Positions 1-9,383 of a DNA stretch of 46,757 nucleotides are shown piece by piece. Below the pieces are notes generated by a model, which worked only from the letters and a program-made list of their open reading frames with translations, had not been told where the DNA came from and searched no databases. Both the position numbers and the translations under genes were made by a program. The number at the start of each line of letters is the position of its first letter. Position 1 is the first letter of the stretch. The DNA lies in assembly GCA_013152815.1 (NCBI GenBank), contig JAADFO010000063.1:1-46757 (forward strand), in the 5' to 3' direction. This DNA is from Nanobdellati archaeon (GTDB taxonomy: Archaea; Nanobdellota; Nanobdellia; Woesearchaeales; JAADFO01).

Positions 1-59
1 TCCGGCAAAAGCAAGGAGGACGGTCTGAAGAATCAAGACTCCTCCGAAGAAAGGGCACA

Positions 60-1799
60 TCACTCGCTCGTATGGCCGATGAGGATCTCCATCATGGCGG
101 CGAAGGCAGGTCTCGTCACGAAGACGCCGAAGGTGATGCCGAAGATGGTGGTCAGGGCGAAGCCTTTGAGGAGGCCGGCACCGGCGAACCAGAGCGGCAG
201 CATCGCAACCACCGTGGTGAAATAGGCTGCCATGATGATGAAGAAGGCCCGCTTGATCTTCTGTTTCCAGGTCAGCTGCATCCTGTGCTTCCTGGCGATG
301 ATCTCGTCCGCGATGACGATCTGGTCGTCCACTCCCGTACCGACGGCGATGATGATCCCTGCGATGGCCGCAAGGTCGAGGTTCCATCCGATGAGGGCCG
401 CAAGGCCCAGGAGCAGGGTGACCTCGGAGAGCATGGTGATGGCCGCAGGGATGATGATGACTGCCCGCCTGTACCTGAGGAACAAGACCGTGACGACGGC
501 GAGGATGGCGACCAATGCCATGATGAGCGTGTTCTTGACGAACGCTTTCCCCAGGAGCGGTGAGAGCGTGTTGGTATGGACGATCTTGAGCTTGACCGGC
601 AACGAACCGGTGATGAGGATGGTCTGGAGCCGTTTCATGTTGGTCAGTGCGTCGGTGACCGCATCCTGCCGCGTAGGTCCCTTCCCTGAACCGGAGATGG
701 AGATCTCGGTGACGGCCTTGCCCTTCAGATCACCGGCGACATTCAATGAGTCGACCAACGAGTTGTCAAGATAGAGCTCCATCTGCTGATCGAGATATCC
801 TGTCTTGCTTCCGTCATCATAGTTGATCGGGATGTCTTTGGTGATGTTTGCCTGCCGCTGTGCTGCCTCCGGACTCAGGGATATGCCGAACCGGAAGCTG
901 CATACCCATCCCTGCTGCGCCTGCCGGCATCCCCGCTGAGGATCGATGCCTGCCTTGTCTGCGCTCCTGGCGACATAGGTGATGTCCCTGCCTCCGACGA
1001 ACACGGTCTTGTTGCCTATCTTGGCCTCGAATTTTCCCTGTTTCTCGAGAAGGTTCTTGACCTCCTCTTCATTGACGCCTGCAATCTCCACCAGGATGAA
1101 CTGGTTGCCTTCCAGGTCGACCGATTCTCTGATGGTCAGGTCAGAGAGGCCAAAGACGTTGAGCCGTTCCTTCATGTTGTCTATGAGGAGCGCCATGTCA
1201 TCAGAGGATATCTTCTCTTCAGGTTCCAGCAGGACCCTTGTCCCTCCGGTGAGGTCGAGACCTTTCTTGATGTTGGTCCAGGGGGTGTTGAACACACGGA
1301 GTCCGATGTCTTTTATCCCCACCACCTCCACCTCGGTCTTGGGTACTGTGATGGTGCTGTTGACGGTCTCTTCGATCTCCCTGGTCGTGCCGTTGATGGT
1401 CTGGTTGACCAGGATGGTCTTCTGGACGACCTTCTCCATGGTCTCGTTGGGGATGGTGGTGATGACGCTGATCGGCTGCGCCGTCACCTTATACAATCCT
1501 CTGTCTGTGGCGATGCTCATGACATCTCCTGGCTTGAGGTCGTTGATGATCTTATAATAGTCGTCCGTATTCCTGATGGGCTGCGTGTTTATGGAGATGA
1601 TCCTCTCCCTGCTGGTCAGCCGTTCGTTGGCCGGCGGGTTCTGGATTCCTGCCAGCTCTGCAGAGGAGTTCGAGATGACGTTCCTGATGGAGACTCCCTC
1701 GATGCCCGGTCTCGGCGAGATGGCGATGATAGCGAGGATCAGGAGGACTATCAGGAGGATTATACGAGGATTCCTGAGGATTTTCTTCAGATCACTCAT
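60..1799 (-). CDS. secD: Protein translocase subunit SecD with an N-terminal PDZ-like insertion
   Basis: KKGLDLTGG motif, ERLNVFGL, GSLPV, six C-terminal TM segments including IAVGTGVDDQIVI and GFALTT; overlaps secF. Confidence 0.95.
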   Translation of the reverse strand: MSDLKKILRNPRIILLIVLLILAIIAISPRPGIEGVSIRNVISNSSAELAGIQNPPANERLTSRERIISINTQPIRNTDDYYKIINDLKPGDVMSIATDRGLYKVTAQPISVITTIPNETMEKVVQKTILVNQTINGTTREIEETVNSTITVPKTEVEVVGIKDIGLRVFNTPWTNIKKGLDLTGGTRVLLEPEEKISSDDMALLIDNMKERLNVFGLSDLTIRESVDLEGNQFILVEIAGVNEEEVKNLLEKQGKFEAKIGNKTVFVGGRDITYVARSADKAGIDPQRGCRQAQQGWVCSFRFGISLSPEAAQRQANITKDIPINYDDGSKTGYLDQQMELYLDNSLVDSLNVAGDLKGKAVTEISISGSGKGPTRQDAVTDALTNMKRLQTILITGSLPVKLKIVHTNTLSPLLGKAFVKNTLIMALVAILAVVTVLFLRYRRAVIIIPAAITMLSEVTLLLGLAALIGWNLDLAAIAGIIIAVGTGVDDQIVIADEIIARKHRMQLTWKQKIKRAFFIIMAAYFTTVVAMLPLWFAGAGLLKGFALTTIFGITFGVFVTRPAFAAMMEILIGHTSE

Positions 1800-2796
1800 G
1801 ATGCTTCTTCTCCATATACCAACGGATGATGCCCACGTTCTGGATCCAGGTATTTATCATATCGATGAGCAGGCCTATGAACAGGATGGTCATGATCTGT
1901 CTCAGCACCTCAGATTCAGAGAGCAGGAACGCGACGCTGACCGCAGCCAGTGTCGTCATGTTCATCGTAAGGCCTGTCTTGATGGCCCCATAGACCCGCT
2001 CCATGACCGTACCCTCCTTGTTCTTGAGGACCCGCATGGTCAGGAGGATGTCAGTGTCCACCGAATAGCCGATGAGCATGAGAAAAGCAGCTATGCCTGC
2101 CGTCGATACGCGGATGCCCAGGAGGTTGACGATGGCGACGGTCACCAGCATATCTGAGAACGCCGAGAGGATGACCGCTCCGGACGGTACCGGTATCCTG
2201 AAGTAGAGGAAGACCACGATGCCCATGAAGACAAAGGCGATGAGGATGGCGATGAGTGTCTGTTTGAAGAACTGGGCGCCCAACGAGGACCCTATCTCCT
2301 CGATGGAGATGGTCGACCTATCCACTCCGGTCTCCTTGACCAGGTAGGCGATGAAGCCATCCTGTTGGTCGTTACCCACATCGGCGCTGATGATGATGCC
2401 GATGGGCTTGCCGAAGGAAGACATCTGACGCAGGGTGAACGTGGCGTCGCTGAACCGTGCCTTCAGCTTGGTCTCCAGGGCGTTGAGGTCGAAAGTCTGT
2501 CCAGAAGGGATGGTCACCGTGAGCCCTCCCTTGAGGGAGACATCTTTGCTTATGAAATCTCCTGTCGTCGCCTGCTGGATCCCTATCTGGAGGATGGCGG
2601 CAAGCAGGAGGATGAACGGGATGAGCAGCAGTTTCTTGTATTCCTGCTCATAGATCCTTTTCCAGCCGGTGGAACTGCCCCTGGAATGACCATGGCTCGT
2701 TTCGACCTTCTTGCTGGTCGTTTTCTTTTGGGCATGCTGGGCCTGGATGGCTTTCTTGAGCATGAATCCCTGTCTTCTTTTAGAACGCTTGCTCAT
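1792..2796 (-). CDS. secF: Protein translocase subunit SecF
   Basis: DVSLKGG, IGSSLG, IAAFLMLIGYSVDTDILL motifs. Start placed at ATG 2796 (MSKRSK) because an AT-rich TATA-like tract lies ~20-30 nt upstream; ORF track extends to 2871. Confidence 0.93.
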   Translation of the reverse strand: MSKRSKRRQGFMLKKAIQAQHAQKKTTSKKVETSHGHSRGSSTGWKRIYEQEYKKLLLIPFILLLAAILQIGIQQATTGDFISKDVSLKGGLTVTIPSGQTFDLNALETKLKARFSDATFTLRQMSSFGKPIGIIISADVGNDQQDGFIAYLVKETGVDRSTISIEEIGSSLGAQFFKQTLIAILIAFVFMGIVVFLYFRIPVPSGAVILSAFSDMLVTVAIVNLLGIRVSTAGIAAFLMLIGYSVDTDILLTMRVLKNKEGTVMERVYGAIKTGLTMNMTTLAAVSVAFLLSESEVLRQIMTILFIGLLIDMINTWIQNVGIIRWYMEKKHHE

Positions 2797-2879
2797 CGGC
2801 TTTGGTGGTTTATATCTCTTTAAAAAGGTTGTGTCTTCCTTCACTGGGGATTCAGACAAAATGACCGTCACAAGGCAGC

Positions 2880-3788
2880 TTATCCGCTGATCCTGTCCAT
2901 GATGACCTTTCGGGGAGAGAGTTCTGTCAGGTAGGCTGTCTTCACGGCGATGGCCGGTCTCTTGGCCCCATCTATGTTATCCTGGTACTGGGTCGCATAT
3001 ACTGCGTCTTTTACGCCTTCCTGATGCATGATGCGGGAGACCGTCTCCCGTCGATATCCCATCAGCCCACCGAGCTCTGTCTGGGAGATGGGAAAAATCG
3101 TATATTCTCCCCTGATCTCGCCTGAACGTTCAGCGAGGTGCCTGAACACATGCTGGAGCCGTAGCACCCTTTTCTCTGATATGGTCATCCTCTGCTCAGG
3201 AGGAGTGTTGAGCCGGTTCTCTATGGGCAGGTTCTTCTTTCTATAAAGGTAGTTCTTTGTTGTGGCCCAATCCTCAGTGGCCTGGGTCTGTTGCGCATAG
3301 CCGGCAAGGAGTTCTGTGAAGAGCCGACCATGGGGCTTTTCCAAGCTCTCTCCTCTCTGGTCTGCTTCTATGAGCGCATCGATGGTCTCCAGAGAGATGT
3401 AGGAAAGGACGGTCTCGTTCTTCGCCTTGAGATGATGGATGATCTCTACTTTTCCTTTGGCGCGGGGTCTCTTGTCCTTGGGCGGGATGAGCGCAGAAGC
3501 CTCCATCGCATATCCCTCGCCGATGAAGATGAGGTCGTTCTTGCCATAGGCAAAGGTCGGTGTCTCAAGGACAAGCGGAGGAAGGACAAGCTTGCTCTCT
3601 TCGCTCTCATCCAGATCGGCTTCATTGTCGCTCCATCTTGGCGGGATATAATCCAGAAGCAGGCCTCTCTGTACAAGGTAGATTCCTGCCGGAAGAAGAA
3701 CGGTATTTTTGGTATCAAACTCTTTATCGTGCAGGGCTCTGAATGAGAGGAGTTCTCCTGCCTCGTCGAAGAGGTCCGGGTAGGGCAT
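2880..3788 (-). CDS. Crp/Fnr-family-like transcriptional regulator (degenerate cNMP-binding-like N-domain, C-terminal HTH)
   Basis: C-terminal FPISQTELGGLMGYRRETVSRIM matches the Crp HTH consensus (lTqeelA..lG.tREtVSR); N-terminal GIYLVQRG and FIGE resemble cNMP beta-barrel strands. Confidence 0.7.
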   Translation of the reverse strand: MPYPDLFDEAGELLSFRALHDKEFDTKNTVLLPAGIYLVQRGLLLDYIPPRWSDNEADLDESEESKLVLPPLVLETPTFAYGKNDLIFIGEGYAMEASALIPPKDKRPRAKGKVEIIHHLKAKNETVLSYISLETIDALIEADQRGESLEKPHGRLFTELLAGYAQQTQATEDWATTKNYLYRKKNLPIENRLNTPPEQRMTISEKRVLRLQHVFRHLAERSGEIRGEYTIFPISQTELGGLMGYRRETVSRIMHQEGVKDAVYATQYQDNIDGAKRPAIAVKTAYLTELSPRKVIMDRISG

Positions 3789-3808
3789 GTTCGGGTGGGT
3801 CTGGACAG

Positions 3809-3826
3809 CCCTATATAAATGTTTCG
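3809..3826 (-). promoter_or_regulatory. BRE-TATA promoter of the Crp-like gene
   Basis: Minus strand reads CGAAACATTTATATAG about 25 nt upstream of ATG 3788. Confidence 0.6.
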
Positions 3827-3865
3827 TTACTGGATAGTGGTTATAGTATATTCCCAGAAATCTAA

Positions 3866-5605
3866 CTATTTAGGGGCAAGGCAGGCCCTGACAAAGCCGA
3901 GATAGAGCGGGTTCGGAGAGAGCGGCCTGGACGTGAATTCCGGATGGAACTGGGTGCCGACGAAGAACCTGTGGCTTGGCAGCTCGAGTATCTGCATGAT
4001 GGGATGGTCCGGGGCCTTTCCTGAGAAGACCAGACCAGCCTTCTCGAACCGCCCGATGTATTCGGGATTGCATTCATAGCGATGCCTGAACCGTTCCCGT
4101 ATCCTGGTCTTTTTGCCGTAGAGCTCCCATGCCCTTGTCCCTTCCCTGACCTCGATGTCCCTTCCGCCGAGGCGCATGTTGGCTCCCAGACCTTCGATCT
4201 TCTTCTGTTCAGGAAGGATGTCGATGACCGGGTGCGTTGTGTCGTTGGAGATCTCGGTGGAGTTGGCGTCCTTGAGCCTGAGCACGTTTCTGGCAAACTC
4301 CACCAGTGCCATCTGGAAACCATAGCATAGTCCGAGATAAGGGATGTTGTTCTCCCTTGCATACCGGATGCACTGTACTTTCCCTTCTGCGCCGCGTTTG
4401 CCGAAACCGCCCGGGACGATGATGCCTGCGATGCCGTCGAAGGCCTGCTTGAGGGTCAGTTTGCCTTCCTCGATGTCCGTCGTCTCGATCCACTTGATGC
4501 TGATCCTGGCCTGGTTGTGGGTTGCCGAATGTTCCAACGCCTTGATGACTGATGCGTAGGAGTCGCGAAGTCCAGTGTATTTTCCGATGATGCCGACCGT
4601 GATCGTCTTCTTGGGGTTCTTTATCCGTCGTATATATCCTTTCCATTCCTTGGAACTTTGGACTTCCCTGTGTTTGAGCCTGAGCTTCTCGAGGATGTTG
4701 CGGTCCAGGCCCGTCCCCTTTATCTCTTCGGGGATGAGGTAGATGGAGTCCACATCATGCACGGAGATGACGTTCTTCAGCGGCACGTTGGAATAGATGC
4801 TGATCTTTGATTTGACCTTTTCGGTGGCCTCGTTATGGCATCGGCAGGCGATGGCGTCGGGCTGGATCCCCAGCTCCATGAGACGCCTGATGCCCAGCTG
4901 GGCTGCCTTTGACTTCTGCTCGCCCAGGAAACCTGGCTCGAGGATATAGGTGACATTGATGAAACAGCAGTTCTCTTTTCCTTCCTCATACATCATCTCC
5001 CGCAGCGCCTCGAGGAAATACTGGTTCTCGATATCTCCCACAGTCCCCCCAACTTCCACGATGACGATGTTGGCCTTGCTCTTCATGGCCAGTTCCCTGA
5101 GAAAATGCTTGATCTCTCCGGTCACATGGGGGATGAACTGCACATCCCTCCCGAGGTAGGAGCCCTTCCGCTCTGCCGTGAGGATGCGGCTGAAGATCCT
5201 GCCCCCTGTCAGGTAATTGGCCTCGCTGAGATCGAGATCGAGCATACGCTCATAGGTGCCCAGGTCCATGTCGCATTCAAGGCCGTCATCGAGGACAAAG
5301 ACCTCGCCATGGCGGAAGGGGTTCAATGTCCCTGCATCCACGTTGAGGTATCCGTCGAACTTGATGGGGCTGATGCGATAACCCTGTTCCTGCATGAGCT
5401 TTCCGAGGGATGCGGCGAAGATACCCTTTCCCAGGCCAGACATGACCGAACCGGTAACAAAGATGTATTTCTGCTTGCCCCGTTCATAGCCCTTCGGGAC
5501 TGGGGTGAAGAACTCTTCTTCTCCAGACCTGCGGGCGAGCTTCTTGAGCATGTCCTTGCCGTTCTCAGCAGCCAAGAAGAATCGCCTCGTGCGTCGTTGA
5601 GCCAT
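3866..5605 (-). CDS. pyrG: CTP synthase
   Basis: KYIFVTGSVMSGLGKG, GTLNPFRHGEVFV, GLCYG glutaminase Cys, RHRYE, QFHPEF; true start may be ATG 5551. Confidence 0.98.
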   Translation of the reverse strand: MAQRRTRRFFLAAENGKDMLKKLARRSGEEEFFTPVPKGYERGKQKYIFVTGSVMSGLGKGIFAASLGKLMQEQGYRISPIKFDGYLNVDAGTLNPFRHGEVFVLDDGLECDMDLGTYERMLDLDLSEANYLTGGRIFSRILTAERKGSYLGRDVQFIPHVTGEIKHFLRELAMKSKANIVIVEVGGTVGDIENQYFLEALREMMYEEGKENCCFINVTYILEPGFLGEQKSKAAQLGIRRLMELGIQPDAIACRCHNEATEKVKSKISIYSNVPLKNVISVHDVDSIYLIPEEIKGTGLDRNILEKLRLKHREVQSSKEWKGYIRRIKNPKKTITVGIIGKYTGLRDSYASVIKALEHSATHNQARISIKWIETTDIEEGKLTLKQAFDGIAGIIVPGGFGKRGAEGKVQCIRYARENNIPYLGLCYGFQMALVEFARNVLRLKDANSTEISNDTTHPVIDILPEQKKIEGLGANMRLGGRDIEVREGTRAWELYGKKTRIRERFRHRYECNPEYIGRFEKAGLVFSGKAPDHPIMQILELPSHRFFVGTQFHPEFTSRPLSPNPLYLGFVRACLAPK

Positions 5606-5810
5606 GCATCAGAAAGAGGGAATGATCGAAAAAACGGCCTTTTCGCATTGTCCATCAGATTTCCAGATAGTATATATATTTTTCTTATATTTTTCTGAAC
5701 ACCTTTTCTCGCTCGTTTTCCTGAAATATCCTTCGCTTCACTTCTCTCACTCCTCTTTAAGCTAAATTTTATGGCCAAATTTTATATAAGGCAAGGCTTT
5801 CAGGCCGGTC

Positions 5811-6473
5811 ATGCGACCGATAAGCAGCCGACAGCAGTGGTTTCCGGGATTCCGTATGAGAAGTGCCGTGATCCCCATCATCGGGGTGAACATCCTCTTC
5901 TTCATACTCCAGCAGACGATTCCCGGCTTCACCGATGCTTTCATCCTGGTGGGCAGCGACATCTTCACCCGGCCCTGGATACTCCTCACGCACATGTTCC
6001 TCCATGCCAACCTCAACCACATCTTCTTCAACATGTACGGCATCCTGCTCTTCGGGCCTCTTCTCGAATCAAGGATCGGCCCCAAACGCCTGCTCGAGGT
6101 GTACCTGGTGTCAGGTCTGGTGGCAGGGTTCTTCGCAAGCTTTGCCTATGCCCGGGCATTGGGTGCGAGCGCCGCCCTGATGGGACTCATCGGTGCGCTG
6201 ATCATCATCATGCCCCAGCTTCGGCTGCTCTTCTTTTTCATCATCCCCATGCCTCTCTGGCTGGCAGGGCTTGTCTGGGTGTCCATCGATGTCTTCGGCG
6301 TCTTTTTCCCTTCGGGAGTCGGCAATATAGCCCATCTTTTCGGCATGGGGACCGGCATCCTGTTCGGTCTTTACTTTCTACGGCAGCGGAAAGGGCAGCA
6401 GGAGACCTTTGCCCAGACCACCCATCTGGATGATGCTGCGGTGGATGACTACCTGCGTTCAGGGAGGTTCTGA
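5811..6473 (+). CDS. Rhomboid-family intramembrane serine protease
   Basis: HMFLHANLNHIFFNM, GASA catalytic Ser, AHLFG catalytic His, multiple TM segments. Confidence 0.93.
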   Translation: MRPISSRQQWFPGFRMRSAVIPIIGVNILFFILQQTIPGFTDAFILVGSDIFTRPWILLTHMFLHANLNHIFFNMYGILLFGPLLESRIGPKRLLEVYLVSGLVAGFFASFAYARALGASAALMGLIGALIIIMPQLRLLFFFIIPMPLWLAGLVWVSIDVFGVFFPSGVGNIAHLFGMGTGILFGLYFLRQRKGQQETFAQTTHLDDAAVDDYLRSGRF

Positions 6474-6514
6474 CTGAGAGGCTGTTTGACAGATTGATTA
6501 TCGAGGTGAAACGC

Positions 6515-6958
6515 ATGGCTGACATCAAGAGGATCATACGGAAAGGGGACAAGGTGGCTGTTACCTACACCGGAACCCTTGACACTGGCGAGATATTCGA
6601 CAGCAATGTGGGAAAGACACCCTTTGTCCATGTGGTGGGAGACGGCCAGACCATCTCCGGCTTCGACGAGAACATCATCGGCATGGCAGAGGATGAGGAG
6701 AAACGTTTCACGGTCCTTCCGGAGAAGGGCTACGGCCAGTACCATGAGAAACTTGCCTATCAGATCCCCCGAAAACAGCTCGGTGACATCACTCCCCAGG
6801 TGGGGACCGAACTGCTGCTGAAATCAAATGCAGGGAACAAGACCACGGCAAAGGCAAGGATAACCAAGGTCGAGCAGGATAAGGTGACCCTCGATATGAA
6901 CCATCCGCTCGCAGGAAAGAACCTCACGTTCCTGGTCAGGATAGATCAGATCTTCTGA
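6515..6958 (+). CDS. slyD: FKBP-type peptidyl-prolyl isomerase (SlyD-like, no His-rich tail)
   Basis: YTGTLDTGEIFDS, GFDENIIGM, PEKGYG, LDMNHPLAGKNLTF; GAGGTGA RBS before ATG 6515. Confidence 0.92.
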   Translation: MADIKRIIRKGDKVAVTYTGTLDTGEIFDSNVGKTPFVHVVGDGQTISGFDENIIGMAEDEEKRFTVLPEKGYGQYHEKLAYQIPRKQLGDITPQVGTELLLKSNAGNKTTAKARITKVEQDKVTLDMNHPLAGKNLTFLVRIDQIF

Positions 6959-7028
6959 GAAACTGAAACTCTGCTTGTTCTTTCTTTATGGCTCTTCTCT
7001 CTTCTCCACTCTTCTTCTCTATTCCCTG

Positions 7029-7859
7029 TTATTGGCAGCCACCGCCATACTTGAAGTACTGGTTATAGACCATGGTCGGTCCTGAGGTCAATGCATAGCT
7101 CGTGAACTTCCTGAATCGCTCATGGATCTTGCCGTTGATCCTGAAATATGCGCCATCCCCGTCGTCGACAAGCTTGATGATGCTGACCGAGAATGTCTCA
7201 TCTCCCATCATAAAGAACCGGGAACGGTCGTCAGTCACCCGTTTGCAGAGCTCCTCGCCCTGGAAATCCATGCAGACATTCACTGCCTCTCCTGAGGGCT
7301 GGCAGTCCGTGGCTCCTCTGCAGTCAGCACCATCACAGCAATTTCCCATAGGTATGCATCTGCTCTGGAAGTCACACCAGGAATATCCCTGCTTGCAGCC
7401 GCAATCGCCGGTGTCAAGACAGACCTTGTTTGATCCGCAGGCAAGCAGGTCACAGCTGCTCGTCTCTTGGTTTCCTTTCGGTGCCTGTGCTGAGGTATTT
7501 ACTGAGGTATCTTTCTCTTTTGGGTTTTCTTTCACGGCCGTGCTGCAGGCATGATCGACACAGGTCCCTGATGCGCATTCCTGGTCAAAGCAGCATCCTT
7601 CCTTGGGGATGCATCCGTTCATGCATGTCCGGTAATTCTCGGCACAGTAGCACGATCCATCGCGACAGACCTGATTGTCTCCGCAGGTCACGTCTCCGCA
7701 TGTCGCTTTCGCGCCGCCGGAGACCACCAGCTTCACCGTATCGCCTGTGGGCAGGATAACCTGTTTCTCGAGCGGTTTGTAGGTCACGATGACTAAAGCT
7801 ACTATAAGCAGAACGCTTAGTGTTATGATAACCCTCTTGATAACCCTCTTCTGAGTCAC
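7029..7859 (-). CDS. Membrane-anchored cysteine-rich surface protein with two internal Cys repeats
   Basis: N-terminal hydrophobic anchor; two similar Cys-rich modules separated by a low-complexity linker; GTG start with GGGG RBS. Confidence 0.75.
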   Translation of the reverse strand: MTQKRVIKRVIITLSVLLIVALVIVTYKPLEKQVILPTGDTVKLVVSGGAKATCGDVTCGDNQVCRDGSCYCAENYRTCMNGCIPKEGCCFDQECASGTCVDHACSTAVKENPKEKDTSVNTSAQAPKGNQETSSCDLLACGSNKVCLDTGDCGCKQGYSWCDFQSRCIPMGNCCDGADCRGATDCQPSGEAVNVCMDFQGEELCKRVTDDRSRFFMMGDETFSVSIIKLVDDGDGAYFRINGKIHERFRKFTSYALTSGPTMVYNQYFKYGGGCQ

Positions 7860-7985
7860 TCGATCCCCCTGGGAAGAGGATGTGCCTGTTCTTTTTATAT
7901 ATTGCCCTCTGTCGCTCTCTTGAAGGAGTCACATCCGAGGGGCGAATATGCAATACCTCTCCTGCTTCGCCTCCTGAGGACCCGT

Positions 7986-8017
7986 TCTTATTGGGAACAA
8001 TCTTATTGGGAACAATC
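7986..8017. repeat. Intergenic 15-bp tandem duplication TCTTATTGGGAACAA x2
   Basis: Exact copies at 7986-8000 and 8001-8015, each containing imperfect palindrome ATTG-ggaa-CAAT. Confidence 0.85.
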
Positions 8018-8170
8018 ATGAGGTCTTGCTATCTTTTTTTCTCATCCCGGACAGGTGATGCATGCCAGATGAAAGCTGCTGTCATGCCGTCATCCTTTTC
8101 TCTTCTTTTTGTCCAGATGTCCTTCCGGCCTTCACAATCTTTATTAACATCGGTCCCTGCCTCATCTGTC

Positions 8171-8536
8171 ATGACAACGCTCATCGCCATCATCTCGACA
8201 GGAAAGGGCACCTGGTCAGAGGTCAGTCGGCTCATGGACCAGGCGGAATGGGACCATATAGTGCTTGTTACCTACCCCTATGGCAAGGAGCATTTCTCTC
8301 ATCCAAAGAACTTCTCGATGGTGGTCACTGATTTCTCTACGCCGATGGCCCTGCTCTGCGGTGAACTGACCGGACAGATCGGAAAGCTGGTCCCCGGAGG
8401 ACTGGCAACAGAGGTGGCCCTCAACCTTTCATCGGGTTCAGGGAAAGAGCATATGGCCCTGATCGGTGCTGTCCTGAAGAACGGTCTTGCTCTGCGGCTG
8501 GTCGTGCCCGGAGAGAAGGACATCCAAGAGGTCTGA
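8171..8536 (+). CDS. Small alpha/beta protein, possibly a stand-alone CARF-like (Rossmann) domain
   Basis: 121 aa from ATG 8171; LIAIISTGKGTW ... DHIVLVT ... VALNLSSGSGKEHMAL pattern; the upstream part of the 218-aa ORF looks non-coding. Confidence 0.6.
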   Translation: MTTLIAIISTGKGTWSEVSRLMDQAEWDHIVLVTYPYGKEHFSHPKNFSMVVTDFSTPMALLCGELTGQIGKLVPGGLATEVALNLSSGSGKEHMALIGAVLKNGLALRLVVPGEKDIQEV

Positions 8537-8559
8537 GAGACACACCCATCTACACCCAT

Positions 8560-9345
8560 CTAAGAGGCAGCTATCGGTCCTGCCGGCATGATGCCATACC
8601 AGGTATAGAGAAAACGGTCCACTGCCCTGAGCAGTTCCAGATCCTTGCCTTCAAGGATAATGCAGTTCTTCTTCTTGGTTATCTTTGCAGGTCCCTCATT
8701 GTCGATGATATAGATGACCTGCTGGTCTGTGTTGTTGCAGGTGATGACCGGTACGTCTCTGCAGGCATCGCTCTCGTTCGTGATGCAGCCGACGACAGGT
8801 ATGACTCCGATGACCTGGATGAGGCTGATGGAGAGCTCCGTATTTGCGAGTGCCAGGTATTGGAACTCGTCCGACAACGGGTTGAAGGTGACATAGGTCT
8901 GCGTCCGGTTGCTTGTCCTCACGATCCAGGGAAGGGGATTGCCTTCGATGGTCACATCCCCAACATCCTTTGGCCCGAAATGCATGGGGATGTCATAGAG
9001 CTCTCCTGTGGCAAAGCTCCTTATCCGTGTCATCCATGACCCCTGATAGTTGATGAAGGCATAACCACGATACATATAGCCATAATCTGAATCTCCATTG
9101 TTCACAACAGACATGAACATCTCATCGGGAGTGTCGATGGTCTGGGAGGATTTTCCTGAGAACATGAAGATGAGGATGATGATGGCGACGAAGACACCGA
9201 TGCCTATGAGCACATACATGATGCTCTTCCCTTCAGTGACCGGCTCTTCCTTCTCTTCCTCTTCGGCCTCCTTCTTCCTGTGCTTTCTCGACTTGGCAGA
9301 GGATTTCTTCTTTGCCGCTCTCACTCTTTTGGTCTGTCCTGTCAT
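8560..9345 (-). CDS. Single-pass membrane protein of unknown function (paralog of adjacent gene)
   Basis: Basic/acidic N-tail, TM segment, C-terminal PVITCNN...NCIILEG...AVDRFLYTWYGIM; ORF track starts at 9357. Confidence 0.75.
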   Translation of the reverse strand: MTGQTKRVRAAKKKSSAKSRKHRKKEAEEEEKEEPVTEGKSIMYVLIGIGVFVAIIILIFMFSGKSSQTIDTPDEMFMSVVNNGDSDYGYMYRGYAFINYQGSWMTRIRSFATGELYDIPMHFGPKDVGDVTIEGNPLPWIVRTSNRTQTYVTFNPLSDEFQYLALANTELSISLIQVIGVIPVVGCITNESDACRDVPVITCNNTDQQVIYIIDNEGPAKITKKKNCIILEGKDLELLRAVDRFLYTWYGIMPAGPIAAS

Positions 9346-9383
9346 CTGGGGTCTCACCCGGTCATTTCAGATGTCGTGCTTCT

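Noticed and set aside
7827..7850. 12-bp tandem duplication GATAACCCTCTT
   Set aside because: In-frame duplication encoding KRVI-KRVI in an N-terminal leader; trivial slippage
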